From the NCBI GenBank assembly GCA_016186145.1, contig JACPMF010000002.1, positions 18,473 through 82,472 of the forward strand: 64,000 bases of DNA, given 5' to 3'. Under the pieces are notes generated by a model. It saw only the letters and a list, made by a program, of their open reading frames with translations, was not told where the DNA came from and did not search any database. The translations under genes and the position numbers were made by a program. Positions 29,444-39,367 of this stretch are shown one piece after another. This stretch comes from Candidatus Sungiibacteriota bacterium (GTDB lineage: Bacteria > Patescibacteriota > Minisyncoccia > Sungbacterales > SURF-37). Numbering within the stretch: position 1 is the first letter of the stretch; the number at the start of each line of letters is the position of its first letter.

Positions 29444-30651
29444 TGTAATTTCTTGCCTTTAAAAAATTCCTTAAAAACATTTCCGATGTACTTGATATCT
29501 TTTGATTTCAACTCCACGTGGCAACCGACGAAAAGACCGTTTTTCTGGGTCCAATCCGCGATCGGGTATCGCTTTGCCGCATATTCACCAAAAAGCCTGC
29601 GATACACCGGCTGGCCAAGAAGCGAATAAAACGGGCGGGTTTCAACATTTCGCTCTTCGAGCCATCGGGCAAGTTCGTCCCTCGTGAATCTTTTCGTCGT
29701 AACCACAATAGGAAACATCATAAACGCATGCCCCGAATGCTCCGGCCACCACGGAAGCTGCAAATATTTTTCGTACGGTTTCAGAAGCGCTAAAAGAAGC
29801 TTTGCGTTTTTTTGCCGAACGGCGATATTTCCCGAAATATTTTTTATTTCTGCAAGCCCCAAAGCGCCTTCCAATTCAGTCAAACGGTAACTATAGCCGA
29901 CACTCACAAAATTGAAACGGCGGCTCATCACTTCGGTTAACTTCTTGCCGGTAAGGCCCTTATCGTCGTCTGCGGAGATATAAATATTATCCCGCCCATG
30001 ATTCACCAAACTCCTCATCTTCAAGGCAATCCCCTGATCGTTGGTAAGCGCCATGCCGCCAACCCCCGTTGTCACGATATGGGCGATGTATGTCGAAAAA
30101 CAAGCGATGTCTCCCTCGGAGCCAACCGGCTCCCCGCGATGAGAAACCGCGGCGGTCTGACATGCGTCCTCAATAATCCTCAATTTATGGCGCTTGGCAA
30201 TCTGTTTTATCGCTTGCATATCGGCCGAGACCCCGAAAAGGTGAACAGGCATAATCGCGCGGGTGCGGGGCGTAATTCTTTTTTCGATGTCTTTCGGGTC
30301 AATGTGATAGGTACGAGGATCAATATCTACAAATACCGGTTTCAATCTGTTTTGTATAACAACGTTGGAGGTCGCTATAAAAGTCATCGCGGGCACAAGA
30401 ACCTCGTCGCCGTCACGCCATCCGTCTAACTCCTTCAAAGCGTGAAGCGCTACCTGCAAAGCGCTGGTGCCGGAATTAGCCGAAATCGCAAAGCGGCGGT
30501 TATGAAGCTCGGCGAATTTCGCCTCAAACGCTTTAAGAAAAGGGCCGTATGACAAACGGCCGGAACGAAGCACCTGCATCACATAGCGTTTGTGCAAAGG
30601 AGTAATAACAGCCCCCCCGACCCCTAATTGTCTTTTCCTTTTTTCAAACAT
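29440..30651 (-). CDS. DegT/DnrJ/EryC1/StrS PLP-dependent enzyme
   Basis: NSGTSAL, PVHLFG, IIEDACQ; H at the usual Lys position (FSTYIAHIVTTGVGG). Confidence 0.85.
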   Translation of the reverse strand: MFEKRKRQLGVGGAVITPLHKRYVMQVLRSGRLSYGPFLKAFEAKFAELHNRRFAISANSGTSALQVALHALKELDGWRDGDEVLVPAMTFIATSNVVIQNRLKPVFVDIDPRTYHIDPKDIEKRITPRTRAIMPVHLFGVSADMQAIKQIAKRHKLRIIEDACQTAAVSHRGEPVGSEGDIACFSTYIAHIVTTGVGGMALTNDQGIALKMRSLVNHGRDNIYISADDDKGLTGKKLTEVMSRRFNFVSVGYSYRLTELEGALGLAEIKNISGNIAVRQKNAKLLLALLKPYEKYLQLPWWPEHSGHAFMMFPIVVTTKRFTRDELARWLEERNVETRPFYSLLGQPVYRRLFGEYAAKRYPIADWTQKNGLFVGCHVELKSKDIKYIGNVFKEFFKGKKLQ

Positions 30652-30655
30652 AAGA

Positions 30656-31621
30656 TTATATGTTCCTTATGGCGCTGTGGCCCTTCATTGTTTTGTATGC
30701 CTTCAAAAGCTCTTGAATTCCAAAATCAAGAGACCGCTTTGCCTCAAAACCAAGCCCCCGCATCCGTTCATGAGAAACCGTATAATTCCTTTTGTCGGGG
30801 TCACTGCCGACATCGGCAAAATGCAGAAAAAGATCCGGCACGTACTGCTTTATTTTATAAGCAAGTTCCTCCTTGGTTATGTTTGCCTCATCCAATCCGA
30901 TATTGTGCGGCCTTCCGACCATTCGCGGAGCATTTTCAATCGCAAAAATAAAAGCATTGGCAACGTCCCGAACATGGACAAAATTTCTCTTGAAATCTTT
31001 TTCAAAAATAACCAGGTAGCGATCGCTCGCGGCGGCATAAGTAAAGTGATTTACCAAAAGGTCCATGCGTATTCGCGGCGATACGCCAAACACCGTTGAA
31101 AGGCGCAGGGTTATGGCATTTGGAGAATTCAGCAATTCGGCTTCGGCGTCAACCTTTGTCTTTGCATAAAGCGATATCGGCCCCAAAGGCGAATCTTCCG
31201 TACAAAGGACGTTCCCCGGTTTGATGCCGTAACCGCTGTCAGTGGCGGGAAATACCACAAGCTGCTTGGGGTCTCTTAATTTATTAAGAAGGCGTATGGC
31301 TTCAAAATTAAGAGAGCGCGCCAATTCGGGATTTCTGTCGCAAGCAGGAGCGCCAACTACTGCGGCAAGCGGAATAATCACATCCGCGTCCTTCAAAAGA
31401 TTCTTCAAAAGCGCTTCATCCCGCACGTCGCCAAAAACAAAATCAAAAAGCGGATTTGCTACGACATGCAAAAGGCTTCGTTGCTGATAATAGAGGTTAT
31501 CGAGAACAGTTACCCGATATCCGGAATCCAAAAGATGTTCGGTAAGAACCGAACCGACATACCCAGCACCCCCAGGAATTAAGACGTGGGCTTTGTAATC
31601 CATAGTTACTCTGTACTTCAA
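30656..31621 (-). CDS. NAD-dependent epimerase/reductase
   Basis: GGAGYVG, LAAVVGAPAC, YAKTK. Confidence 0.85.
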   Translation of the reverse strand: MKYRVTMDYKAHVLIPGGAGYVGSVLTEHLLDSGYRVTVLDNLYYQQRSLLHVVANPLFDFVFGDVRDEALLKNLLKDADVIIPLAAVVGAPACDRNPELARSLNFEAIRLLNKLRDPKQLVVFPATDSGYGIKPGNVLCTEDSPLGPISLYAKTKVDAEAELLNSPNAITLRLSTVFGVSPRIRMDLLVNHFTYAAASDRYLVIFEKDFKRNFVHVRDVANAFIFAIENAPRMVGRPHNIGLDEANITKEELAYKIKQYVPDLFLHFADVGSDPDKRNYTVSHERMRGLGFEAKRSLDFGIQELLKAYKTMKGHSAIRNI

Positions 31622-31838
31622 TTATTACATTTAATGCGGATATATTGTTTCCTTTTTTCTGGGTTATATATGGAAGACTATGGCGACAAACGAAACAACA
31701 CTTCCATCTCCCCAATTCTCTGCGCCAATTTCATAAGCTTGGATATTCAATAATTATTACTTAATTTAACATGTTCTTGTTTCGGCAAGATATCACATCA
31801 AAAACGATGTGGCATCCTAGCGAGCGGGCAAATGAATC

Positions 31839-31860
31839 ACCGCGCTGCAAGCAGCGCGGT
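31839..31860. repeat. REP-like palindrome
   Basis: ACCGCGCTGC-AA-GCAGCGCGGT perfect stem. Confidence 0.75.
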
Positions 31861-31869
31861 ATCTTACTA

Positions 31870-32093
31870 CCCCAGCCCCAATTTTGCTTTCTTGCCGAGG
31901 CGAACCGCTTTGCCCATAACGGGATGTGCCTATTTCTGCAGGGTTTCCTGCTGCGGGTGCGGCTCCGCCGCATCCTCGCAAAACCCGTGAAAAGCTATTT
32001 AAACGCTTTTCACCACACGCGCTTCGTATTGTTTACTGTCGGTTTTAATCTAATCTTGTTTATCTGTTTTACAAAGACAAAATTGGAGCGGGG
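31870..32093. mobile_element. Degenerate CCCC...GGGG TIR element with highly structured interior
   Basis: Left CCCCAGCCCCAATTTTGCTTT vs reverse complement of right CCCCGCTCCAATTTTGTCTTT; TTAA on the right flank only. Confidence 0.55.
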
Positions 32094-32097
32094 TTAA

Positions 32098-32193
32098 TTT
32101 CGTATTCCGCAATTCACCCCACACATAACTTATAAGCTATGTGTGGGGTTCATCCGTCCCGCTTCAAGCGGGACGGAATTCTTGCGGACGAAA
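32098..32193. mobile_element. TTAA-flanked palindromic element hosting a nested insert
   Basis: TTTCGT..CCGCAA / TTGCGG-ACGAAA ends; TTAA at 32094-97 and 32194-97; internal hairpin 32153-32177. Confidence 0.7.
32117..32148. mobile_element. Minimal 32-bp CCCCACACATAACT element (ends only)
   Basis: CCCCACACATAACTTATAAGCTATGTGTGGGG; TTCA duplicated at 32113-16 and 32149-52. Confidence 0.85.
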
Positions 32194-32233
32194 TTAAAAA
32201 GCCGCGAAAGAAACCTCGCGGCGGCACATTTTT

Positions 32234-33145
32234 TTAAATGCCCTTTATTCCATGTACCTTAAAACGCCTGGAAAATCGGGGAACTTCCCTCTCTGTATTT
32301 TTCTCTTGCGCGAGGCCTAAAAGTGCTTGATAATTTTCGATATTGTTTGCTGCGACAACATTAGTAGCGTTGTTAACCGTAATCGGCTGTTTATAGGTGT
32401 CCGAAATAATGCCGCCCGCCTCAATGATAATCGGGGCAGCGGGCAAATTATCCCATGGCTTGTTGTTTAAAGAAACAACTCCCGCAGTGCGCCGCGCTCT
32501 CCCGCGATCGCGCGCGAGAGAAACAAACGACACGGCACAACAAAGATTAACGCGATAACCCCCAGCGTGTGGTCCGATATTCGACATTTCTCTCTGCATC
32601 AGACGTGATGGTCCTTCAAAAAGCACAAATGAATCCTCAAGCTTTGCAGCGGGATCAACAAAAATTCTTTCAAGAAAAACCCCATCATCAACCCATGCGC
32701 CGCACCCGAGCCCTGCAAAATACATTTCACGGCGTCCGCCGTATGCGTATGGAAAGTAGATAAACCCGTATACCGGAACAGCCTCTACCACATACGCTCC
32801 CATAATTCCGAAAATCGGCCAGCCCGCGGCGAGGTTATGCGTGCCATCAACCGGATCAATCACCCAATACCTTCTTTCAGGAGGCGGCCAGGAATGCTGG
32901 CGCTCTTCGCTCACGACCGGACACCCAAATTGCTTCTCCAAAAAACCGGAAAGCATCTGATCAACCATCACATCCTTTACGGTGACGAAATCGCCCTTAT
33001 TCTTTTCTTTTGCAGTGATATCTCTGCCGCCATCTCCTTTCGGAAATACCCTATCGGCAATTATGGTCAGCATATCCTGAATACGGACAGAGACCAAAGA
33101 GAAATTATCAGCCGTAATTGCCTCAATTGCCGTTGCCATCCCCAA
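32234..33145 (-). CDS. Inositol monophosphatase/CysQ-like phosphatase
   Basis: DFVT..D, SEE, WVIDPVDGT.N, PWD, EAGG; own GGAGG RBS and TTGACA promoter. Confidence 0.85.
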   Translation of the reverse strand: MGMATAIEAITADNFSLVSVRIQDMLTIIADRVFPKGDGGRDITAKEKNKGDFVTVKDVMVDQMLSGFLEKQFGCPVVSEERQHSWPPPERRYWVIDPVDGTHNLAAGWPIFGIMGAYVVEAVPVYGFIYFPYAYGGRREMYFAGLGCGAWVDDGVFLERIFVDPAAKLEDSFVLFEGPSRLMQREMSNIGPHAGGYRVNLCCAVSFVSLARDRGRARRTAGVVSLNNKPWDNLPAAPIIIEAGGIISDTYKQPITVNNATNVVAANNIENYQALLGLAQEKNTEREVPRFSRRFKVHGIKGI

Positions 33146-33288
33146 CCTCCGTTTCGCAAACTCACATATTTAGGTTTTGAATGAGCGAATAATTTATAAC
33201 ACGGCTATACGATCTGTGTCAACTCGCTCGGATATTGAAAGTTGCAACTAAACAACGATCATATATTAATTGTGCCTTTCCACTCGCA

Positions 33289-36057
33289 TCAAGAAATCAA
33301 ATAGTTTAAGAGCCTCTCAATGTTTTGTTCTATCCCAAACTTTTCATTGTCAATTTTAATATCCGGACTGGTTGGAGCCTCGTATGGATTTGTTGCGGCA
33401 ACGCCGATAAAATTCGATATCTCCCCGGCAAGGGCTTTCTTGTAAAGTCCCTTGGGGTCGCGCTCAATGCACTTCTCAAGTGAAGCGTTCACATACAACT
33501 CCAAAAATCCACCACCAATGATTGTTCGCGCCATTGCCCGATCTTCCCGATACGGCGATATTATCGGGACAAGTACAAAGTCATGCTCCCCTGCCCTCTC
33601 TCGTGCAAGTTCGGCAATCAAACGGTTATTCTCGCGTATGTCTTCGCGCGAAAAACTGAGGTGTTTGTTCTGGCCGCTTCTTATGGCATCCCCGTCAAGA
33701 ACGCACACGCTTTTCCCGCGCGACTCAAGTTCATTTTTTAATTTTTCAGCGATAGTTGATTTGCCGGACCCGGAAAGCCCCGTGAACCAAATAACGGTCC
33801 CTTTCCGATTTTCATTTTTGACAAAAACTTCCTCCCGACCGCTCACCGCTTCAGCGATGATTTCTGAAATCTCCGGCCTCATAAACCACTCGGGCGGACG
33901 TTCGCCCAGTTCAAATATTTTCCGAGCCTCGGTGCCGCTTATGGAAAGCTTGTCTGACGGGTCATGTTCCGGGCTTTCTGAAGCATGCATGTGATCTCCG
34001 GTTTTCTTTGAATAAAATACTTCCCCGAACCTTATCGGTTTAATTTTCAAATCAGGAAATTCATCAAAAATTTTATGCGATGCGTCGGCAGGGTAAAAAT
34101 TACCGACACCCGTATGATCCCGCCCTACGACAAAATGGCTGCACCCGAAATTCTGCCTGCAAATTGCGGTAAAAAGCGCCTCGCGAGGACCGGCATATCT
34201 TGAATACGTGTTAAAGGTCGCGAATACAACCTTATTTTCCGGATAAATATCATTCATCATCCGTTGATAACTTTTAATAATATATGCGGCATGGTAATCT
34301 CCCGCCTTTTTCTTACCAACCACCGGATGCACAAAAAGCCCGTCGCAATTCTCCTCTTCCAGGGCTTTTAGCTGAATATATTCATGGCTTCTATGAATTA
34401 CATTCCGCGTATGGAAGCCAACGACTCGCGACCAGTGCTTTTCCGCGAAAAGCCGGCGGACCTGGCGTGGCGCCAACGCATAATCCGAAAACTCCGCCCT
34501 TCTGCGGCGAAACAAATCGATTTTTCCGCCCACCAATATCGGGAGCATCGCCATAACCTGTTTTACGCCCGGATGACTCTCATCCAATGTGCCGTAAAGG
34601 CGCTTGGCAAAAAGTTCTTTATCAAACGCGTATATCTCATCAACACGCAAAACGGCAAAAGCGTTTCCTTGTTTGTCCGCAAGTACTACTTCGCGCCCCG
34701 GAATTAGTTTTCTCGCGGCTTCTTCAGAAACGTCTAAAACAATCGGAAGGGGCCAAATCGTTCCGTTCGCAAGACGCATCGTTTCGAGAACGCTCTCACA
34801 ATCTTTTTTTCCCATAAATCCTTCGAGCGGGCTGAACGTTCCAAACGCAATCTGTTCCGCGTCCATCTGCCGCGTTTCGTCGACTAAAATCTTCGGTACG
34901 GTTTCAAGAAACTTTTGCGCCGGCGGTTTTAACAAAATTCTTTCTACCAAGGATCCGCCATGAGGCGGTACAAGAACCGACCCGTAATCGCCCGAGAACA
35001 AATAACCGTCTTTTTCAAGGTGATTTGCAAGCTCAACCGCGGCGAGTTGGTATTCCCGACGGCTTGGGAGAGAAACGGCCTCTCCAACAAGCTTCTGCAT
35101 CATAGAAACGCATTCGAACGGGTACTTCCCTATCGCCGTCTCGGCCGAAAGGGCGACCCCGGCAGCCCCATCCAAAATCGTTGCAATAACATCGTGCGCC
35201 TCCGCCCGCGTTGGCCTTTGTTTTTCCACCATTGTTTCTAAAAGGTTTGTTGCGACAAAAACCGGTTTTCCGTGTTGGTGCGCGTGAGACATAATGATTT
35301 TCTGGGCAAATGGGATTTTCTCAATCGGTATTTCTTTTGAAAGATCGCCGCGATCAATAAGAAGCGCATCGGATTTTTGAATTATTTCGTCAAGGTTTTT
35401 CAAACCATCAACGCATTCGATCTTTGAAATAATTTTCATCCTCCCTTTTGTGGCATCCCGAACCGTGTCGACAAAATCCCCGGAACGCATAAAAGAAGCG
35501 GCAATATATCCGACACCTTCTTGCAGGCCGATCGCAATCGACTGGTAATCTTTTTCCGATAGCGGAGGCAGATCATATGCCTTCGGCATCGCTGAATCAA
35601 TAATTACAGCTTTGTTATTTCCGATACGGCCGGCACTCATCGCTTTTGCGAGAACAAAACCGTCTCCCGCATGGCTTGTATCTGCGACACGAAGAATCAA
35701 AGACTCAAAATCTATATGCAGCATATCCCCGGGCTCGAGCTGGCTTACAATATGCGAAGGGCGAAGAGAGATATTCTGTTGGTCGCCGACAATGTCTGCG
35801 GCATGAATACGCACCTCTTCGTCCTCAGAGAACATGATGGAATTCCCAGAAAGGCGGCCTGAACGGATCTGAGAACCTTCGGTATCGACAATAAATGGAA
35901 TGCCGATTTTTTTTGCAAGCGCGATAAAATAGCGTAGATCATCTACGCTTGAGTGAGACATGTTGATGCGAACGAAATCAACGCCTTTGGCCTTGAGTCT
36001 TCGAAGGCCTGCTTCGGTACGGACGGAAGGACCGAGGGTTACAATGAGTTTAACCAT
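33289..36057 (-). CDS. Pyruvate kinase-ATP sulfurylase-APS kinase fusion
   Basis: PK: TLGPS, RINMSH, SKIE, DRGDL, PTRAE, LSAETA.GKYP; Sat: PHGG, TRN..HRSHE, RYAGPREA, GRDH; CysC: WFTGLSGSGKST, LDGD, RDPKGLYKKA. Confidence 0.92.
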   Translation of the reverse strand: MVKLIVTLGPSVRTEAGLRRLKAKGVDFVRINMSHSSVDDLRYFIALAKKIGIPFIVDTEGSQIRSGRLSGNSIMFSEDEEVRIHAADIVGDQQNISLRPSHIVSQLEPGDMLHIDFESLILRVADTSHAGDGFVLAKAMSAGRIGNNKAVIIDSAMPKAYDLPPLSEKDYQSIAIGLQEGVGYIAASFMRSGDFVDTVRDATKGRMKIISKIECVDGLKNLDEIIQKSDALLIDRGDLSKEIPIEKIPFAQKIIMSHAHQHGKPVFVATNLLETMVEKQRPTRAEAHDVIATILDGAAGVALSAETAIGKYPFECVSMMQKLVGEAVSLPSRREYQLAAVELANHLEKDGYLFSGDYGSVLVPPHGGSLVERILLKPPAQKFLETVPKILVDETRQMDAEQIAFGTFSPLEGFMGKKDCESVLETMRLANGTIWPLPIVLDVSEEAARKLIPGREVVLADKQGNAFAVLRVDEIYAFDKELFAKRLYGTLDESHPGVKQVMAMLPILVGGKIDLFRRRRAEFSDYALAPRQVRRLFAEKHWSRVVGFHTRNVIHRSHEYIQLKALEEENCDGLFVHPVVGKKKAGDYHAAYIIKSYQRMMNDIYPENKVVFATFNTYSRYAGPREALFTAICRQNFGCSHFVVGRDHTGVGNFYPADASHKIFDEFPDLKIKPIRFGEVFYSKKTGDHMHASESPEHDPSDKLSISGTEARKIFELGERPPEWFMRPEISEIIAEAVSGREEVFVKNENRKGTVIWFTGLSGSGKSTIAEKLKNELESRGKSVCVLDGDAIRSGQNKHLSFSREDIRENNRLIAELARERAGEHDFVLVPIISPYREDRAMARTIIGGGFLELYVNASLEKCIERDPKGLYKKALAGEISNFIGVAATNPYEAPTSPDIKIDNEKFGIEQNIERLLNYLIS

Positions 36058-36060
36058 GAT

Positions 36061-36165
36061 GAATAATGCTGAATTATAAATGCTGAATTCTGAATAATAC
36101 GATAAAGTCATCTGCTACCAACATCGTTCAATAATTAGCATTTGGCATTCAGCATTTAGCATTAA
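36061..36165. repeat. Gene-less inverted AATGCTG 7-mer array between a stop and the next start
   Basis: aatgctgaattataaatgctgaattctgaa ... ttagcatttggcattcagcatttagcatt. Confidence 0.85.
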
Positions 36166-37012
36166 GTATGACTGTGAGCATCTTATCTTTAGGCTCCGAA
36201 ACCCTTTTATACGTCAGTCCAAGTCTTTGCGCCAAAAATTGCAAACTGGCATGGGAAAAAATGTACGGGTGATACGGATTCATTTGATCAAAAACAAGCA
36301 AATTCGGCGTCTGAATATAAATAATACCGCTCTTCAGAAGACATTCTTTTGCAAACCTAACTATGCTTACCGGGTCAATGGTATTTTCCAGAGAATGCGA
36401 AAAGACAATCGCGTCAAATTTCTCGCCCCGTTTGCCGATATTTTCCAGGTCTTCCGCATAACTTCCCAGAAGTTCAATGTTAAAGTCCTTAATGGTTTTT
36501 TGAGCTTCATCAGACGGCTCTACGGCAAAAACTTTGCACTGGTATTTTTTTTTAAATTCCGAAAGTGTTACGCCAAAACCGCAACCAACCTCTAAAACGC
36601 GAGAGTCCGCGCCAAGACTAATCGCGCTTGCAACAACCGGAATTATTGTTTTCGCCCTCTGCTCGCGATGTTTTTCCAGGCGATTTTCTAAACCCTCCTT
36701 GGGATCCCACTTCTTTTCATCATCCCACTTGTATTTCCCCGATTGCCACATCTGGCCTTCTTTATGGAAGCCGGCATTTCTTATTTTTTGCTGCCAGAAC
36801 AAATTCTTATAAAAATCCTTGTATGATTCCCTGGTCGGCCGCGGATTCATAAACTTCAAACCGCACGCGGGACAAAAAACATACCAAAAATCAACCCCGA
36901 ACCATTCAATCTTTCCATTGGGAACCATCGCTGCCCCATCGCAAAAAGGGCACGCGTCCAATGCCTCGAAATCAAAAGTGGCACTTTGATAATTATCCTC
37001 ATTCCTGTTCAT
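36149..37012 (-). CDS. Class I SAM methyltransferase with CxxC motifs
   Basis: CPFC...CPAC, VLEVGCGFG, AVEPS. Confidence 0.85.
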   Translation of the reverse strand: MNRNEDNYQSATFDFEALDACPFCDGAAMVPNGKIEWFGVDFWYVFCPACGLKFMNPRPTRESYKDFYKNLFWQQKIRNAGFHKEGQMWQSGKYKWDDEKKWDPKEGLENRLEKHREQRAKTIIPVVASAISLGADSRVLEVGCGFGVTLSEFKKKYQCKVFAVEPSDEAQKTIKDFNIELLGSYAEDLENIGKRGEKFDAIVFSHSLENTIDPVSIVRFAKECLLKSGIIYIQTPNLLVFDQMNPYHPYIFSHASLQFLAQRLGLTYKRVSEPKDKMLTVILNAKC

Positions 37013-37922
37013 ATTTGTTCCTGATATCAAACCTTTCAACAATTTTTTTCCGATAATCGAGAGCCATCCGGTCAACTTCGTCTGCCAAGTCCTCGCTTAA
37101 GTGATTTTTCCAGTCGCCGACAACTCCTTTTCGAAATCCGCTTTTAACATTTTCTTCCCCCCGTCCCCTGCCGGCGGAATGGCTGTCCCGCGCAGTCTGT
37201 TTTTCGAATGACGCTTCTTCAATCATATACGCCAGAATCTTGGGTGAAATCGGCATGCCTAAATAGCGAACCATATCGCCTACCACACCGTATGTATACT
37301 CATCAAGCGCCTCATAAGTTAAACAGTGAACCGGACCTTGATACGCAAGGAGCGCTTGGTATTCGGGTATTATCCGCTCCTCCAGGTAACCAATGGCAAA
37401 CTCACGATCGATAACCGCATCTTCCTTTCTGCCCTTTCGAAGCATGTTAAAATGCCACGATACAATTTTATCTTTAGGATCTCTTAAAATACAGAGCTTC
37501 TTTATCTCCGGATAAAGCGAATCAATAAAATCAAGATGAAAAACATACGCCGGCGTTGCCTCACCCACAATTTTTTTGTCGCCTCTCTGCATATCGCAAA
37601 TCTCGCCGTAGCGTTCTTGAAATATCCGATATACCTCTGTTTTTGGCAGCTCATCTTTAAAGTGCACCAAATCAGAAAATACCTTGTTGTACTTTACCGC
37701 AAAATCGGAAAACGGCCGAACAAACTTCCTTTCGTCCCCACCCTCTAAACTCGCGAGGGTATTGAAGAAATGCATCTCGCCGACTCGCTGCTCCCCAATT
37801 TCGTTATAAAAGGGAAGCGTGGGAAAGCATGCAATGTCCGGATGATTGTCTAAAAGCGCTGCAACCCAATGAGTGCCGCTCCGCTCCATACCAACTATTA
37901 AAAAGTCTGGACGATAATGCAT
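36999..37922 (-). CDS. Sulfotransferase
   Basis: 5'-PSB GMERSGT, 3'-PB RDPKD..VS, FRKGVVGDWK. Confidence 0.9.
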   Translation of the reverse strand: MHYRPDFLIVGMERSGTHWVAALLDNHPDIACFPTLPFYNEIGEQRVGEMHFFNTLASLEGGDERKFVRPFSDFAVKYNKVFSDLVHFKDELPKTEVYRIFQERYGEICDMQRGDKKIVGEATPAYVFHLDFIDSLYPEIKKLCILRDPKDKIVSWHFNMLRKGRKEDAVIDREFAIGYLEERIIPEYQALLAYQGPVHCLTYEALDEYTYGVVGDMVRYLGMPISPKILAYMIEEASFEKQTARDSHSAGRGRGEENVKSGFRKGVVGDWKNHLSEDLADEVDRMALDYRKKIVERFDIRNKYEQE

Positions 37923-37948
37923 GATTATCAGTTATTGATTGTTATTCG

Positions 37949-38224
37949 TCATTTAGGGTGCCTCCCGCCGGTATCTATATACGTTCTAACATAAAGTACG
38001 AGACAAACGGCGAGAAAAACCATGGCGAGTATATATTTAACTTGTAATGGCCGTTGAGCAATTATGGTTGCGTACGCGAGCGCTATAATATTGGCGACAA
38101 AAGAGATAAGGAGCAACAGGAAGCTTAACCCCTCAACCGTTTTGGTTCTGTAAGTTTTAATGATTTGCGGAATATAACAAAGTGTAAATAAGGTTGTCGC
38201 TGTCCAACCAAGCAATTCTGCCAT
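37949..38224 (-). CDS. PQ-loop / SemiSWEET-type small transporter
   Basis: 3 TM helices; IPQIIKTYRTKTVEGLS. Confidence 0.85.
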   Translation of the reverse strand: MAELLGWTATTLFTLCYIPQIIKTYRTKTVEGLSFLLLLISFVANIIALAYATIIAQRPLQVKYILAMVFLAVCLVLYVRTYIDTGGRHPK

Positions 38225-38236
38225 AGCTATAATAGT

Positions 38237-39367
38237 TTAAACTCTTAAAACCGTTACGCCCGTATTCCCATACGCATCAGCTGCGCCGACCGCAGTCCGA
38301 CAAGCGCCTTCGGGAATTGTAAATAACCATCCGCTTCCTTTTTTTTCAACATCTTCACGTCTCACATTTCCATCTTTGTACTCAACCGCAACAAACGGCA
38401 TATCCCCAAAAATGTCGTGGTTTGCCCAAACCGATACATTGCAACCATCGCGTTCCACCCGTAACGAGAGATCTTTTGGTATCGGCTCTATATAACTTCG
38501 AATCGCATCAAGCGCATTGGAAAATTTATACCGGATGCCGGACATCCGCGATCTTTTCTCGACCATCCCGCAAACCATCGCGAACTCATCGGAAATACTC
38601 TTATAATAATCGTGGCTGTGAAAAGAAAAAAGCGACAACCCCGTTTCTTTTGCCTCGCGAAAAGCCCCCTCAACGTCTTCTTCCTGCAAACTTCCCGAAC
38701 CGCCTTTTGCCGCAACAGGCAAAGAGCGCGCGATCAGTCGCTTCATGGTTCCCGGGTGTTGATAATCTCCAATGCTCGGATGATACGGCTGCCAATTCGC
38801 CGGAGCCCTTGACCAATCGCAGAACTCCCGCTTCGCCGGGGCAATGTTCGAAAAATCAAAGGGAATCCACCGTTCAAGCCAACGAGAACTTTCATCATTC
38901 TCGACATATTTGCCGGCCCGATATACGGCCGGAAAAAATCCGAAATCAAGCATTCGTTTTGCGATAACGTACTCATGCCAGCGAGAATCATTCCAGTCGT
39001 CATTCCATCCCCACGCGCCGTTTTTTGGAGGATGATGATAGTGCCAATAAATTTCGTCACCGCTCTCTCGAAGGCGGCTATCGGTTAAAATGTTCGCGCG
39101 ATAAAAATTCCATACAGCATGAAGCCCGCCGGCGTGCCCTCTTCTTTTAAACCCCGGATCATCCGACGAAAAACCCGCCCAGTCAAGTATTCCCCAGCTA
39201 TACTTTAAATATCCGCCAAAAGAGTCTCTGAATTTCTTTCTCAATCCAACAGTCAAATTTTCTATTGCCGCGCCGAGAGAATTCCAATTATCAAACAAAT
39301 CACTCCGCCCGGTTGTAGGGCCTTCAGTATCAATGATGGGAACAATATATACTATTGGCTCATTCAT
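38237..39367 (-). CDS. Hypothetical protein, deacetylase-like metal barrel
   Basis: IDTEGP, DEIYWHYHH, FHSHD. Confidence 0.6.
   Translation of the reverse strand: MNEPIVYIVPIIDTEGPTTGRSDLFDNWNSLGAAIENLTVGLRKKFRDSFGGYLKYSWGILDWAGFSSDDPGFKRRGHAGGLHAVWNFYRANILTDSRLRESGDEIYWHYHHPPKNGAWGWNDDWNDSRWHEYVIAKRMLDFGFFPAVYRAGKYVENDESSRWLERWIPFDFSNIAPAKREFCDWSRAPANWQPYHPSIGDYQHPGTMKRLIARSLPVAAKGGSGSLQEEDVEGAFREAKETGLSLFSFHSHDYYKSISDEFAMVCGMVEKRSRMSGIRYKFSNALDAIRSYIEPIPKDLSLRVERDGCNVSVWANHDIFGDMPFVAVEYKDGNVRREDVEKKGSGWLFTIPEGACRTAVGAADAYGNTGVTVLRV

Noticed and set aside
31771-32097. 108-aa ORF
   Set aside because: Runs across stacked palindromic elements, with no RBS or protein-like motifs.
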